From NCBI GenBank assembly GCA_031550085.1, contig JAVBOY010000002.1, positions 17,946 to 81,945 on the forward strand: DNA of 64,000 nt. Direction: 5' to 3'. The DNA comes from Lentimicrobiaceae bacterium (GTDB lineage: Bacteria; Bacteroidota; Bacteroidia; Bacteroidales; UBA4417). The translations under genes were made by a program, and so were the position numbers. Numbering within the stretch: position 1 is the stretch's first letter; every line of letters starts with the position of its first letter. Below are positions 10,202 to 20,265 of the stretch, one piece after another. The notes below the pieces were generated by a model. It was not told the DNA's origin. It did no database searches and saw only the letters and a list, made by a program, of their open reading frames with translations.

Positions 10202-10221
10202 CTTTTCATTTATTTTCTTTA

Positions 10222-10494
10222 CTATTTCACTTTATTCCGGTTCTCGAGGTGTTTCTCGTATTTTTGACGGAACTTATCCAAACGGCCAGCCGTATCCACC
10301 AACTTAATTTTACCGGTATAGAACGGGTGCGAGGTGTTTGATATTTCTAATTTTACCAATGGGTACTCTTTACCATCTTCCCACATAATGGTATCCTTGG
10401 TGTTAACCGTTGAACGAGAAAGAAATGCGTAATCGTTTGATATATCTTTAAAAACTACAAAGCGATACTCCTTGGGATGAATGTCTTTTTTCAT
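10222..10494 (-). CDS. rpmE: 50S ribosomal protein L31, type B
   Basis: [17 protein letters not shown]...HPFYTGK. It lacks the CxxC zinc motif, as type B proteins do. The track ORF extends 20 codons upstream from a non-ATG start. Confidence 0.9.
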   Translation of the reverse strand: MKKDIHPKEYRFVVFKDISNDYAFLSRSTVNTKDTIMWEDGKEYPLVKLEISNTSHPFYTGKIKLVDTAGRLDKFRQKYEKHLENRNKVK

Positions 10495-10564
10495 AATTGA
10501 AATCCGTCTTACTTTTTGAGGGTGCAAAGTTATATTTTTTTCGGATACAAACAACAGATCAAAG

Positions 10565-10614
10565 AAAAAAAGTCAAAAATAGTTCGGTTTTTCCCAAGCG
10601 AACTATTTTTGACT
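10565..10614 (-). terminator. Strong intrinsic terminator (16-bp stem) after the DUF1015 / small-ORF pair
   Basis: AGTCAAAAATAGTTCG at 10571-10586 is perfectly complementary to CGAACTATTTTTGACT at 10599-10614. A T-run follows on the minus strand. Confidence 0.75.
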
Positions 10615-10633
10615 TCACCGTGTTTCTAACAGG

Positions 10634-10810
10634 CTATTTCTTTACAGCATAGAAACATCTTTGAGGAGATTCGACTTTGTTTTCAGCCATTAATTTTTTG
10701 ATCGCCTTATCGACTTCTTTTTTATCAATGCCTGATTTTTCAGCTACGTCTCCGGCTTTCATGGGGCCGCCAGTAGCCAAAGTTTTCATAACAGTTTCTA
10801 AAACGTCCAT
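10634..10810 (-). CDS. Small 58-aa protein, possibly winged-helix DNA-binding; below the 60-aa track cutoff
   Basis: Hand translation gives MDVLETVMKTLATGGPMKAGDVAEKSGIDKKEVDKAIKKLMAENKVESPQRCFYAVKK. The ATG is 35 nt after the DUF1015 stop and the strong terminator follows the ORF. Confidence 0.55.
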   Translation of the reverse strand: MDVLETVMKTLATGGPMKAGDVAEKSGIDKKEVDKAIKKLMAENKVESPQRCFYAVKK

Positions 10811-10844
10811 AGTTGTAAGGTTTTAATGGTTAATATTTGTTTAA

Positions 10845-12095
10845 TTAGTCAAGTGTATGGATCACCAAGCCACTGCGCAATTTGGGTTCAAACCAGGTTG
10901 TTTTGGGCGGCATGATGTTTCCAGTATCAGAAATATTGATGAGTTGTTGCATCGAAACGGGATACAAAGCAAAGGCAACTTTCATTTCACCATTGTCAAC
11001 GCGGCGTTTTAACTCGCCCAATCCGCGGATTCCGCCGACAAAGTCAATTCGTTTATCCGTGCGTAAATCTTTAATTCCCAGAATTTGATCTAAAACCAAA
11101 TTCGACAAAATGGTAACGTCCAAAATTCCGATCGGATCATTATCGTCGTAAGTTCCGGGTTTTGCCGTCAAAGAATACCATTTCCCGCCAAGATACATGC
11201 CGAAATTATGCAAAGCATCCGGTGTATAAATGTCCGCACCTTTCAGTTCCAGAGTGAAATTTTGTTGCAATTTTTCGATCAATTGCTCTTCGCTTAATCC
11301 GTTTAGGTCTTTTACAACCCGGTTGTAGTCGATGATTTTTAATTGTTGGTCGGGGAAAATCACCGCCATGAAATAATTGTATTCTTCTTTTCCGGTATGG
11401 TTCGGATTGTTTTTACGTTTTTCCTCTCCAACACGGGCTGCTGCTGCCGTGCGATGGTGTCCGTCGGCTACATATAAACTAGGGACTTCTTTATCGAAAA
11501 GCTCTACGAGGCGGTTGATGGTCGCTTTGTCTTCGATCACCCAGAAGTGGTGGCCAAAACCTTCATCGGCAACAAAATCATAGACGGGAGCTTGATTTTT
11601 TACGATATTTTCTACGATCGCATCGATTTCTTTATGCGCCGGATAGGAAAAGAATACAGGTTCTACATTGGCATTGGTAATGCGCACGTGGATCATGCGA
11701 TCGTCTTCCTTGTCCTTACGGGTCAGCTCATGCTTTTTAATAACATTGTTAAAATAATCGTTGATGTGCGCGCAGCCTACGATTCCGTACTGCGTGCGGC
11801 CATTCATGGTTTGCGCATAGATGTAAAGATGTTCGTCGGCATCTTTTGCAATCCAACCTTCTTTTTGAAATTTTTGGAAATTTTCAACTACCTTGTCGTA
11901 TACTTCCTGGCCATGCTCGTCAATTCCTTGGGGAAGATCGATCTCTGCCTTTGTAACATGAAGCAACGAATAGGGGTTGCCGGCTGCCTCTTTGCGAGCT
12001 TCTTCCGAATTCAAAACATCGTAAGGACGTGAAGCCAATTTGCTTACAATTTCTTTGGGAGGACGTAATCCTTTGAATGATTTTACTATTGCCAT
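10845..12095 (-). CDS. DUF1015 family protein
   Basis: 416 aa. The N-terminal MAIVKSFKGLRPPKE...SRPYDVLNSEEAR and ADGHHR are characteristic of DUF1015. Confidence 0.8.
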   Translation of the reverse strand: MAIVKSFKGLRPPKEIVSKLASRPYDVLNSEEARKEAAGNPYSLLHVTKAEIDLPQGIDEHGQEVYDKVVENFQKFQKEGWIAKDADEHLYIYAQTMNGRTQYGIVGCAHINDYFNNVIKKHELTRKDKEDDRMIHVRITNANVEPVFFSYPAHKEIDAIVENIVKNQAPVYDFVADEGFGHHFWVIEDKATINRLVELFDKEVPSLYVADGHHRTAAAARVGEEKRKNNPNHTGKEEYNYFMAVIFPDQQLKIIDYNRVVKDLNGLSEEQLIEKLQQNFTLELKGADIYTPDALHNFGMYLGGKWYSLTAKPGTYDDNDPIGILDVTILSNLVLDQILGIKDLRTDKRIDFVGGIRGLGELKRRVDNGEMKVAFALYPVSMQQLINISDTGNIMPPKTTWFEPKLRSGLVIHTLD

Positions 12096-12344
12096 AACAA
12101 TTTATTGAATATTAATTAGTTATAAATAATGAAATTTCATGCTTTCAGAGTGCAAAGTAAGCAAAAAACTAACTGTCCTCAAACCGGATTCCGGAAAATA
12201 ATCGATCTTTTTCTTTTTGCAATTGAATGAAGTATGATATGATTTTTCTCAAACTTCACATAGTTCAATGTCAGACCATCCGCCCAACATTTTCAGTACA
12301 AAAATTTCCAACCAAAACCCAATATGAAGTGCGCAGGTGGATAC

Positions 12345-12379
12345 AAAAACGAAAGCCGGTCGAATTTGACCGGCTTTCG
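12345..12379 (-). terminator. Intrinsic terminator downstream of secDF
   Basis: CGAAAGCCGGTC at 12350-12361 pairs with GACCGGCTTTCG at 12368-12379. The minus strand then reads TTTTT. Confidence 0.75.
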
Positions 12380-12413
12380 TAGAAAATTTTATTTCTCTTA
12401 TCTTATTCCATTT

Positions 12414-15400
12414 TTATTTCGCGGCAGGAACCAGAACTTGTTGTTCTTTTTTCTTTGCTGCCCGGCGTTGTTGCCATTTGATCAAATCATAAGCAATCGG
12501 TGTCGCGTTGAAAATGGATGAATAGGTTCCAACAGCAATACCGAATATCAATGCAAAACAGAAGCCTCTAATGACTTCGCCGCCAAAAATAAACATGGAC
12601 AACAATACCATAATCGTGATACCCGAGGTATTAACCGTACGGGTTAACGTACTGTTGATAGCTGCATTCAAATTTTCTTCCAGCGGACGTTTGGGGTATA
12701 TTTTCAAGTACTCCCGCACCCGGTCAAAAATGATTACCGTGTCGTTGATGGAGTAACCGATAATGGTCAGGATGGCTGCAATAAAATGCTGGTCGATATC
12801 CAAACTGAAAGGAAGGATTCCGTAGAATAAGGAAAATACTCCCACAATCAAAAGGCTATCGTGGAAAAGCGAGATAACGCCTGCAAATCCCCATTGCCAT
12901 TTGCGGAAACGGATTGCGATGTATGCAAAGATGATGAGCAACGAGAAGAATACGGCATAGTATGCTTTGACCAATAAACTATAAGCAATGGTAGGCTCTA
13001 CTTTTTGGGAACTCAACTTTCCAAGCTCATTCTTATTGTTGGCATCCAAAAACTCTTCACGAGCCGGAGCTGCTTTATACAAGCCTTTTAGTCCTTCGTA
13101 CAACTTGGCTTCGACAATCGAATCGGAAGCGGTCGTCTTGTCATCGATCATTTCCGAGGTTGTAATTTTCACCTGATTAGACGCTCCGAATATCTTCACT
13201 TCCGGCTCTTTTTCAAACACTTTCCCAAGTGCCGCCCGGACATCGTCTGTCTGGACATTTTGATCAAAACGAACCACATAGCTGCGCCCGCCTTCAAAAT
13301 CGATTCCCTTACTGACTCCACGGACAAAGAAAGAACCTAAACAAATTATAATGGAAGCGATCGAAATCCAATAATAGGTTTTACGGTGCTTTACAAAATC
13401 GTAATGAACATTGGTCATAATGTTTTTTGACCATTTGTGCCAAACGGTAATTTCGCGGTTGGTATCCATCATCCAAACAAAAATAAGTTTTGTGATGAAA
13501 ATGGCGCAGAACATGGAACAAAGGATACCAATGATCAAGGTCGTAGCAAACCCTTGAATTGGGCCAGATCCGAATACATAAAGGACAACCCCGGTCAAAA
13601 ATGTGGTGACGTTCCCGTCAATAATGGATGGCAGAGCATGTTTGTACCCATCGGATATGGCAAGCCGTATCCCCTTTCCCGCTCGAATTTCTTCGCGGAT
13701 CCGCTCGTAAATAATGACGTTCTTATCCACATCCATCCCAATGGTAAGCACAATCCCTGCAATACCGGGCAGTGTCAGAACCGCTCCCAATGAGGCCAAT
13801 ACACCAAATACAAAGAACATGTTGGTAAGCAACGCCACATTCGCAACAACTCCTGCACGGTTGTAGTACAAAATCATGTAAATCAACGTTAATAAAAAAG
13901 CCACGACAAATGACCAAACTCCCGAGTTGATTGCTTCTTGTCCCAAAGTAGGCCCAACAACTGCTTCCTCCACAATTTTTGCAGGCGCCGGTAACTTACC
14001 AGCTTTCAATACGTTTGCCAAATCCTGGCCTTCCTCAATGGAAAAGTTTCCTTGTATGACGGATTGCCCATTGCCGATTTCATTGTTCACGTTGGGAGCC
14101 GAATAAACGAGACCGTCCAAAACGATGGCAATCTGCTTTCCGACATTGGCGCCGGTGAGTTTGCGCCATATTTTAGCACCTTCGGAACTCATTGACATGG
14201 AAACTTCAACTCCTCCATTTTGTCCATAGTCCTGGCGTGCATCGGTAATTACATCACCTCCCATGGCAGCCTCTCCTTCGTGGCCGCTGGTTTTTAATGC
14301 GTATAATTCTAAGAAACCTCTTTCATCCGGTTTTACGCCCCAAGCCAACACCAAATTTTTAGGAAATATTTTGCTTGCCTGTGCCAACATCTTGTTGATA
14401 CGAGCCGTATCCTTCAAACTTGCAAAGCCGACTTGCGAATGTTTCATCACCATTTCTTGAGCTTCCTGGGTTTGCGGATAGCGGTAATATTCCGGAAACA
14501 AGAATGTAAATAACGGATTTTCCTTTGCAGATTCTTCCAGTGTTTTGGCTTTCTTTTCGCCCTTTAAGGTATCGCCTTCTAATTTTTCAGCCAATCCCGA
14601 TTTTTTTACCGTATCCGTAGTTGCAGTAACCTCTTTTTGGTCTTTAGCCCCAGTGGCTGCCACAGCCGTCGTATCTTTTTTGATGGTGTCTTGCTTGGAA
14701 GAGTTCAGTAAAGCTAAATATTTATCAGCATCTTCAAGGTATTTGAATACTTCCGAATAGCGGTATGTTTCCCAAAACTCCAATTGAGCCGTTCCTTGTA
14801 ACAGTTTGCGCACGCGATCCGGCTCCTTGATACCGGGCAATTCAATCAAAATGCGGTCGGTTGTGGTTAATTTTTGGATGTTGGGCTGTGTGACGCCAAA
14901 ACGGTCGATACGATTCCTCAAAATATTGAACGTACGGTCGTAAGCGCTGTTACACTCGCTGCGGATTACTTTTAACACTTCGTCATTGGTAGAACTCGGT
15001 TTTATTTTATCCCGAAGTTCCATGCGGCCAAAAATGGCCGATAGTTGGTCATTGGGAGCAATTTCCTGGAACGATTCGCCGAACAGCGTCACAAAATCCT
15101 TTTGGCTGTGTACCTGTTTTTGATGGGCTATTTCCATAGCCTTTAGGTAGGTCGGATTGGTGCTGTATCCGCTCATAGCGTGAATAACGTCTGCAACCGA
15201 AACTTCCATGATCACGTTCATTCCACCCTTCAAGTCCAATCCAAGATTCAATTCGTGGCCTTTGCACTCTTTGTAGGTGTATTTGCGAACCAGTATGTTG
15301 AATGCCGGCAAATTTGAAACAGAATCGAGATAATACCGCTCCCGTTCCTGTTTCAATGAATCGAGTATTATTATTTCTCTTGCAGCATCTCCCCCCGACA

Positions 15401-15551
15401 ATTCCTTGGCAAGAGCAACCGTTTGCCCGTCATTCGCATACTTTCGTGCTTTTGATTCGGTATAATGCGCAAAAAACGTAAATGAGAGTTGAAAGAGACA
15501 TACCAAAGCAAATGCGATGGCAAAAAAACGAATAGCACCTTTATTTTGCAT
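12414..15551 (-). CDS. secDF: Fused protein-export membrane protein SecD/SecF
   Basis: 1045 aa with two 6-TM modules and a large periplasmic domain. The fused form is typical of Bacteroidota. Confidence 0.9.
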   Translation of the reverse strand: MQNKGAIRFFAIAFALVCLFQLSFTFFAHYTESKARKYANDGQTVALAKELSGGDAAREIIILDSLKQERERYYLDSVSNLPAFNILVRKYTYKECKGHELNLGLDLKGGMNVIMEVSVADVIHAMSGYSTNPTYLKAMEIAHQKQVHSQKDFVTLFGESFQEIAPNDQLSAIFGRMELRDKIKPSSTNDEVLKVIRSECNSAYDRTFNILRNRIDRFGVTQPNIQKLTTTDRILIELPGIKEPDRVRKLLQGTAQLEFWETYRYSEVFKYLEDADKYLALLNSSKQDTIKKDTTAVAATGAKDQKEVTATTDTVKKSGLAEKLEGDTLKGEKKAKTLEESAKENPLFTFLFPEYYRYPQTQEAQEMVMKHSQVGFASLKDTARINKMLAQASKIFPKNLVLAWGVKPDERGFLELYALKTSGHEGEAAMGGDVITDARQDYGQNGGVEVSMSMSSEGAKIWRKLTGANVGKQIAIVLDGLVYSAPNVNNEIGNGQSVIQGNFSIEEGQDLANVLKAGKLPAPAKIVEEAVVGPTLGQEAINSGVWSFVVAFLLTLIYMILYYNRAGVVANVALLTNMFFVFGVLASLGAVLTLPGIAGIVLTIGMDVDKNVIIYERIREEIRAGKGIRLAISDGYKHALPSIIDGNVTTFLTGVVLYVFGSGPIQGFATTLIIGILCSMFCAIFITKLIFVWMMDTNREITVWHKWSKNIMTNVHYDFVKHRKTYYWISIASIIICLGSFFVRGVSKGIDFEGGRSYVVRFDQNVQTDDVRAALGKVFEKEPEVKIFGASNQVKITTSEMIDDKTTASDSIVEAKLYEGLKGLYKAAPAREEFLDANNKNELGKLSSQKVEPTIAYSLLVKAYYAVFFSLLIIFAYIAIRFRKWQWGFAGVISLFHDSLLIVGVFSLFYGILPFSLDIDQHFIAAILTIIGYSINDTVIIFDRVREYLKIYPKRPLEENLNAAINSTLTRTVNTSGITIMVLLSMFIFGGEVIRGFCFALIFGIAVGTYSSIFNATPIAYDLIKWQQRRAAKKKEQQVLVPAAK

Positions 15552-15659
15552 CTGTTTTAATGTTAATAAAAATAATCAATAGTAAATTTTTTAAGCCTGC
15601 AAAGGTAGAAAAATATATCGAATTCCAGCAAACTGCATGAGGCTTTTGTAAAAAAATTA

Positions 15660-16151
15660 TTAAAGCATCTGGTTTGTATCAATCGAATGCATCATGCCCA
15701 CTCCGAGAACTGATATAACAATCAGCATAACAATAAATATGGCTAGCCCCAATATAACCAGGATCCCGCTGATCATGAAAAAGTTTTTTAACCCGCCGAA
15801 TGCACCTACCAGATAGGCTGAATCCTGTTTTCGGATGGCTTTCGGCGCTTTATTCGAAAAACGGTTTAAAAAGAAAGAAGGAATAAAATAGAATATGGAG
15901 CAAAGGAAATAGAAAAACGGCAGTTGCTTCATAAAGGGGTATTTTAGGAATGTTTCGCTATCCGGCATCATGGAAAAGGCTACTTTCACAAAAAAGCCTG
16001 AAATAAGCATCAAGATGGCTGAGATGAAGCCAACGATTGACAAAAATTTTGCCCATTTGGCGGCTGTTTCCAAATGTTTTATTCCTTGTTCCGGTAACTC
16101 CAGGAAATGATCGGGAGTTTGGATGGGTTCTAAGGGAGTATTTTCTTCCAT
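15660..16151 (-). CDS. Hypothetical membrane protein with about 4 TM segments
   Basis: 163-aa ORF with four clear hydrophobic stretches. I recognise no catalytic motif. Confidence 0.55.
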   Translation of the reverse strand: MEENTPLEPIQTPDHFLELPEQGIKHLETAAKWAKFLSIVGFISAILMLISGFFVKVAFSMMPDSETFLKYPFMKQLPFFYFLCSIFYFIPSFFLNRFSNKAPKAIRKQDSAYLVGAFGGLKNFFMISGILVILGLAIFIVMLIVISVLGVGMMHSIDTNQML

Positions 16152-16195
16152 TGTTTTTTGTTTTTAAATTATTAAAAAAAGTTTGTTTGTCATTT

Positions 16196-17167
16196 TTACG
16201 GGATTGATCCTTCCATGGTTGGATGTAACAATTCATCAATGGTTGTTGTTGCCAACCCGACTACCGTATCGGCCGCTCCATAATAAACTTTTACTTCGCT
16301 TTGCGGCAATGCAAAATTTTCGGAATCATATTGTTCCACAATCATTCCACTAGGAAAACAAACATTAGGCACCTGCCCCGTAAGTTCCCAAATTTCGCGC
16401 GGCTCCAGAATATTACAACGGCAACGCCCCAATACTTTTGCCGGATTCTCCAAGTCTAACAACATAACACCGCCTTGATAAATATTGGACGAACCAAAAT
16501 GTCCTGCCACGCCATGGTAAATGTGCAACCAGCCTTTTCGCGTTTTCACCGGGGGCGGCCCGCTGCCGATAAACTCATCCCAATAATGAAATCGTCCTTC
16601 TATCAGTGGGGCAACCGGCTTCCAATCCAACAAATTATCGCTTTCACTCAAAAAAATAGTGCTTCCGGACGTAGTTCCGTTTGAATGCCGGGCTTTATTC
16701 GGACGGTCCATACGCATGTACTTCCCGTTGATTTTTTCCGGAAAAAGGACTCCGTTGCGAATGTCTTCGTGCGAAACCATACCCAGGAAATGAAATTTCT
16801 CAAAATTATCGGTTACGCCCAATCCCAGCTGGCATCCGGAATCCATATCCATGGCAAACAAGATGTAATAACGGCCTTCGAGCCGGGTGATCCGGGCGTC
16901 GTAAATATGATAAATTTTTTCCTTTACGGATTCGATTCCTTCAAAATGCACAATCCTGTTTTCCACCCGGAAATCGACCCCATCGGCACTTTCGGCCATC
17001 ACCAAAAATGTTTCACGCGAACGACTCTGTACCCGCAAGATCAAACGGTATGTATCCCCGTCTTTTACGGCTCCCGGATTGAAAACGCTGCTTGCATCCA
17101 CCAATCCGGGATAAATGTCAGGAATATGGGAACGGGTCAGGATGGGATTTTGCGGATGTTTTTTCAT
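16196..17167 (-). CDS. GH130-family glycoside phosphorylase/hydrolase (DUF377-type beta-propeller)
   Basis: MKKHPQNPILTRSHIP...SVFNPGAVKDGDTYRLILRVQ and the length (323 aa) match GH130. Confidence 0.75.
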   Translation of the reverse strand: MKKHPQNPILTRSHIPDIYPGLVDASSVFNPGAVKDGDTYRLILRVQSRSRETFLVMAESADGVDFRVENRIVHFEGIESVKEKIYHIYDARITRLEGRYYILFAMDMDSGCQLGLGVTDNFEKFHFLGMVSHEDIRNGVLFPEKINGKYMRMDRPNKARHSNGTTSGSTIFLSESDNLLDWKPVAPLIEGRFHYWDEFIGSGPPPVKTRKGWLHIYHGVAGHFGSSNIYQGGVMLLDLENPAKVLGRCRCNILEPREIWELTGQVPNVCFPSGMIVEQYDSENFALPQSEVKVYYGAADTVVGLATTTIDELLHPTMEGSIP

Positions 17168-17668
17168 GAAACAGATTTTGATGCAAAAATAGGTAAAACT
17201 TTCAGGAAAGGTTGTATGAAATGCAAAGGAACCACCATTGCTCCCTGATGGATCGGACGTATTGTATTGGGTATTGCTTAAAAAGGTTTGTTAACAATGG
17301 GTAAAAAAAGTTTAACAAATAATTCACACGGCTTCGTAAAAACTCGCTTTACCTTTGCCTGGTTTTCAGGAAAAAGAAAACATCCACGTATCTGACACTT
17401 TTTTTGCTTGAGTGATGGACAATCGATGCGTCAAAAAGCATGGGTAATATAAACTGGCAAAGAGGTTTATTTGTTTAACGGACACGGCAAAAGTGTTATT
17501 TTTTTCCTAAAAAAACAAACAGTGGTTTTATTGGTATAATATTTGCTAGGTGAACTTATTCAAAAAATTACTGTTTCTAAACAAGCTAGAATTTTTTTTT
17601 AACCAACAGTTGTGATTAAATTTCCAACTAAAAAGTAACTAAATTATCCATACAAATTTTTTACAAAA

Positions 17669-18145
17669 ATGAAAAAAGTTTTCCTTTTTCTAGGTATTTG
17701 CTTATTTGCTGCTAGTGCAATTAATGCTCAAACGAATCAGCCTGCTCCATCCACCCCGGTTGTTGCTGATAATCCCAATGCTCCAGAAATTACTTTTGAT
17801 AAGGTTGTTCACGATTACGGTACTATTATTCAAGGAGGAGATGCCACTTGTGAATTTGCATTTAAGAACACAGGCAATGAGCCCCTGGTGCTCCAAAATG
17901 TACAATCATCTTGTGGATGTACGGTTCCTGAATGGCCGCGTGAACCTTTTATGAAAGGAAAATCCGGTGTTATCAAGGTTCGTTACGACAGCAATCGAAT
18001 TGGCCCCATCAATAAAGTAGTCACGGTTACTTCAAATGGAAAAACCAGTTCCGTTCGCTTGACCATAAAAGGTACGGTAGTTCCCAAATCGGAAAGTTCT
18101 CCCATGCCTGAAAAAGAACAAGCCGGAGCTCCCGCAACAAAATAA
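17669..18145 (+). CDS. Secreted DUF1573 domain protein
   Basis: Signal peptide MKKVFLFLGICLFAASAINAQ. The FDKVVHDYGTI...FKNTGNEPLVL..VQSSCGCTVPEWP motif is typical of DUF1573. Confidence 0.8.
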   Translation: MKKVFLFLGICLFAASAINAQTNQPAPSTPVVADNPNAPEITFDKVVHDYGTIIQGGDATCEFAFKNTGNEPLVLQNVQSSCGCTVPEWPREPFMKGKSGVIKVRYDSNRIGPINKVVTVTSNGKTSSVRLTIKGTVVPKSESSPMPEKEQAGAPATK

Positions 18146-18175
18146 AAGCAACGTTCCATAGATATGTTGATAAAA

Positions 18176-18205
18176 AGTCCGGCAAAACATGCCCGGGCTT
18201 TTTTT
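18176..18205 (+). terminator. Probable intrinsic terminator after the DUF1573 gene
   Basis: AGTCCGGC-aaaacat-GCCCGGGCT (imperfect stem with one bulge) followed by TTTTTTT. It lies inside the 5' extension of the track ORF 18164, which argues for the downstream ATG. Confidence 0.55.
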
Positions 18206-18256
18206 ATTTCGACAAATCTCCTACATTTGCGCTTCACAAAAAAAACAATATTTGAT

Positions 18257-19456
18257 ATGCCGACAATTTCACAACGTGGACAACAGCTTCCTGCATCAGC
18301 CATACGTAAGTTAGTTCCTTTTGCCGATGTAGCAAAGAAAAAAGGTATCAAAGTGTATCACTTGAACATTGGCCAGCCCGACATCCGGACTCCCGAAGTG
18401 GCGCTCCATGCAATCCGCAATTACAATGAAAAGGTGATTGAATACAGTCACTCGGCCGGAAATGAGAGTTACCGCAGAGCCTTAGCCGAATCGTACCAAA
18501 AAATCGGAATTCCGGTTGATTACACCGAAGTTTTGATCACGACCGGCGGATCCGAAGCCATTTCAATTGCCTTGAAATGTTGTTTGAATCCGGGTGAAGA
18601 AATTATCATCCCCGAACCATTTTACACCAACTACAATACGTTTGCTTTGGAGTCGGGCGTTAGCGTAAAATCCATCACGGCCTCCATTGATAACGGATTT
18701 GCACTTCCTCCGATCAGCGAATTTGAAAAAGCCATCGGACCGAAAACCAAAGCCATTATGGTTTGCAATCCGAACAATCCGACCGGATATCTCTATTCGA
18801 AGGAAGAGTTGCTTCAACTGCGTGAAATTGCGCTGAAATACGATTTGTATTTGTTTGCAGATGAAGTATACCGAGAGTTTTGTTACGACGGGGAAAAACA
18901 TTTTTCGGTAATGCAACTCGAAGGGCTGGAAAACCACGTCGTGATGGTAGATTCTGTTTCAAAACGTTACAGTGAATGCGGCGTTCGGATTGGTTGCCTG
19001 GTTACAAAAAACAAAGAAGTTCTCAAAGCGGCGTTGAAATATGCACAAGCCCGTTTAAGCCCTCCCGCATTGGGACAGGTTGTCGGGGAAGCTTCGTTGC
19101 AAACACCCAAAGAATATTTTGCCGAAGTGTATGATGAATACATTGCCCGCCGCAATTACTTTATCAATGCGTTGAATAAAATTCCGGGCGTATACGCTCC
19201 CATGCCCAAAGGCGCTTTTTATTCGATTATCCGCCTGCCGATCGACAATTGCGATAAGTTCTGCCAATGGTTGTTGGAAGAATTCAGCTATGAAAATCAA
19301 ACGGTGATGATGGCGCCGGCCACCGGATTCTATGCTACGCCAGGTTTGGGTATCAACGAAGCACGCGTCGCATATGTGTTGAAAATCGACGATTTGAAAA
19401 AAGCCGTCAAATGTCTGGAAGAAGCCTTGAAGGTATACCCGGGCAGAACCAACTAA
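18257..19456 (+). CDS. Class I/II pyridoxal-phosphate-dependent aminotransferase (AspC-like)
   Basis: MPTISQRGQQLPASAIRKL...NIGQPD, NPNNPTG and PLP-lysine motif SVSKRYSECGVRIG. The start is taken at the first ATG after the terminator. Confidence 0.85.
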   Translation: MPTISQRGQQLPASAIRKLVPFADVAKKKGIKVYHLNIGQPDIRTPEVALHAIRNYNEKVIEYSHSAGNESYRRALAESYQKIGIPVDYTEVLITTGGSEAISIALKCCLNPGEEIIIPEPFYTNYNTFALESGVSVKSITASIDNGFALPPISEFEKAIGPKTKAIMVCNPNNPTGYLYSKEELLQLREIALKYDLYLFADEVYREFCYDGEKHFSVMQLEGLENHVVMVDSVSKRYSECGVRIGCLVTKNKEVLKAALKYAQARLSPPALGQVVGEASLQTPKEYFAEVYDEYIARRNYFINALNKIPGVYAPMPKGAFYSIIRLPIDNCDKFCQWLLEEFSYENQTVMMAPATGFYATPGLGINEARVAYVLKIDDLKKAVKCLEEALKVYPGRTN

Positions 19457-19493
19457 GCAAACTTTCTCATCCATACAAAATAGCTGAAGTGAC

Positions 19494-20165
19494 TCAACGT
19501 AGTGCTTCGGCTATTTTTATATCCACCGGATTCGTGATTTTGATATTTTGCGGTTCGCCTTCCACCAAGGTTATACTTTGCCTATATGCTTCCACCACCG
19601 AAGCATCATCGGTAAATTCCGGCCGGTAGACCAAGCGATAAGCGGATTTCAATATTTCCGTTTCGAAAACCTGCGGGGTTTGAATCAACCGCAAATTGGA
19701 ACGATCGACGGGCCGGGAATTTCCGTTTTGAACGCTCCGGACGCTTTCGGAAACCGAAATGGCCGGAATGGCTGCGCCCGATTGGGCGGCGGCTTCAAAT
19801 AACCGTTGAATCAACTCCGGAGAAATTAACGGGCGAGCAGCGTCGTGAACAGCAGTGAAAACCTCATTTCCAATCAAATCAAGCGCATTTTTCACCGAAT
19901 GGAAGCGGGTTTTTCCACCCGGAACGATTTGATGCGGAAGGGAAAAAGCATATTTCCGGCAAAGCTCTTTCCAATAATCTGTGTAATCGGTATGCATGGC
20001 CACGATGACGGTAATTTCAGGATCATATGCTTTGAATTTTTCAAGGGAATGCATCAAAACCGGTTTCCCTGCAAGCAGTAGAAACTGCTTGGGAATATCC
20101 GCCTGCATCCGGCTGCCAACACCGCCTGCTACAATAATTACAGCTTTTGAGGGGTTTGGGGTCAT
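19494..20165 (-). CDS. ispD: 2-C-methyl-D-erythritol 4-phosphate cytidylyltransferase
   Basis: IIVAGGVGSRMQADIPKQFLLLAGKPVLMHSLEKF and VHDAARP motifs; 223 aa. Confidence 0.9.
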   Translation of the reverse strand: MTPNPSKAVIIVAGGVGSRMQADIPKQFLLLAGKPVLMHSLEKFKAYDPEITVIVAMHTDYTDYWKELCRKYAFSLPHQIVPGGKTRFHSVKNALDLIGNEVFTAVHDAARPLISPELIQRLFEAAAQSGAAIPAISVSESVRSVQNGNSRPVDRSNLRLIQTPQVFETEILKSAYRLVYRPEFTDDASVVEAYRQSITLVEGEPQNIKITNPVDIKIAEALR

Positions 20166-20265
20166 GGATTATTTTATTCCGGATTTCATTATTGATATTT
20201 AAGTCCTACGGACTATTTTTTTGCTATCAAAAATCGCTTCGATTCCTAGACTTTCGCATCAGATA

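Noticed and set aside
17168-17668. 500-bp gap upstream of the DUF1573 gene as a possible ncRNA locus
   Set aside because: There are only weak 4-bp stems and no exact promoter box, so nothing supports a specific call.
20195-20225. AGTCC-tac-GGACT hairpin plus T-run as a terminator
   Set aside because: It is oriented on the plus strand, where no upstream gene would use it. On the minus strand no U-run follows, and the stem is only 5 bp.
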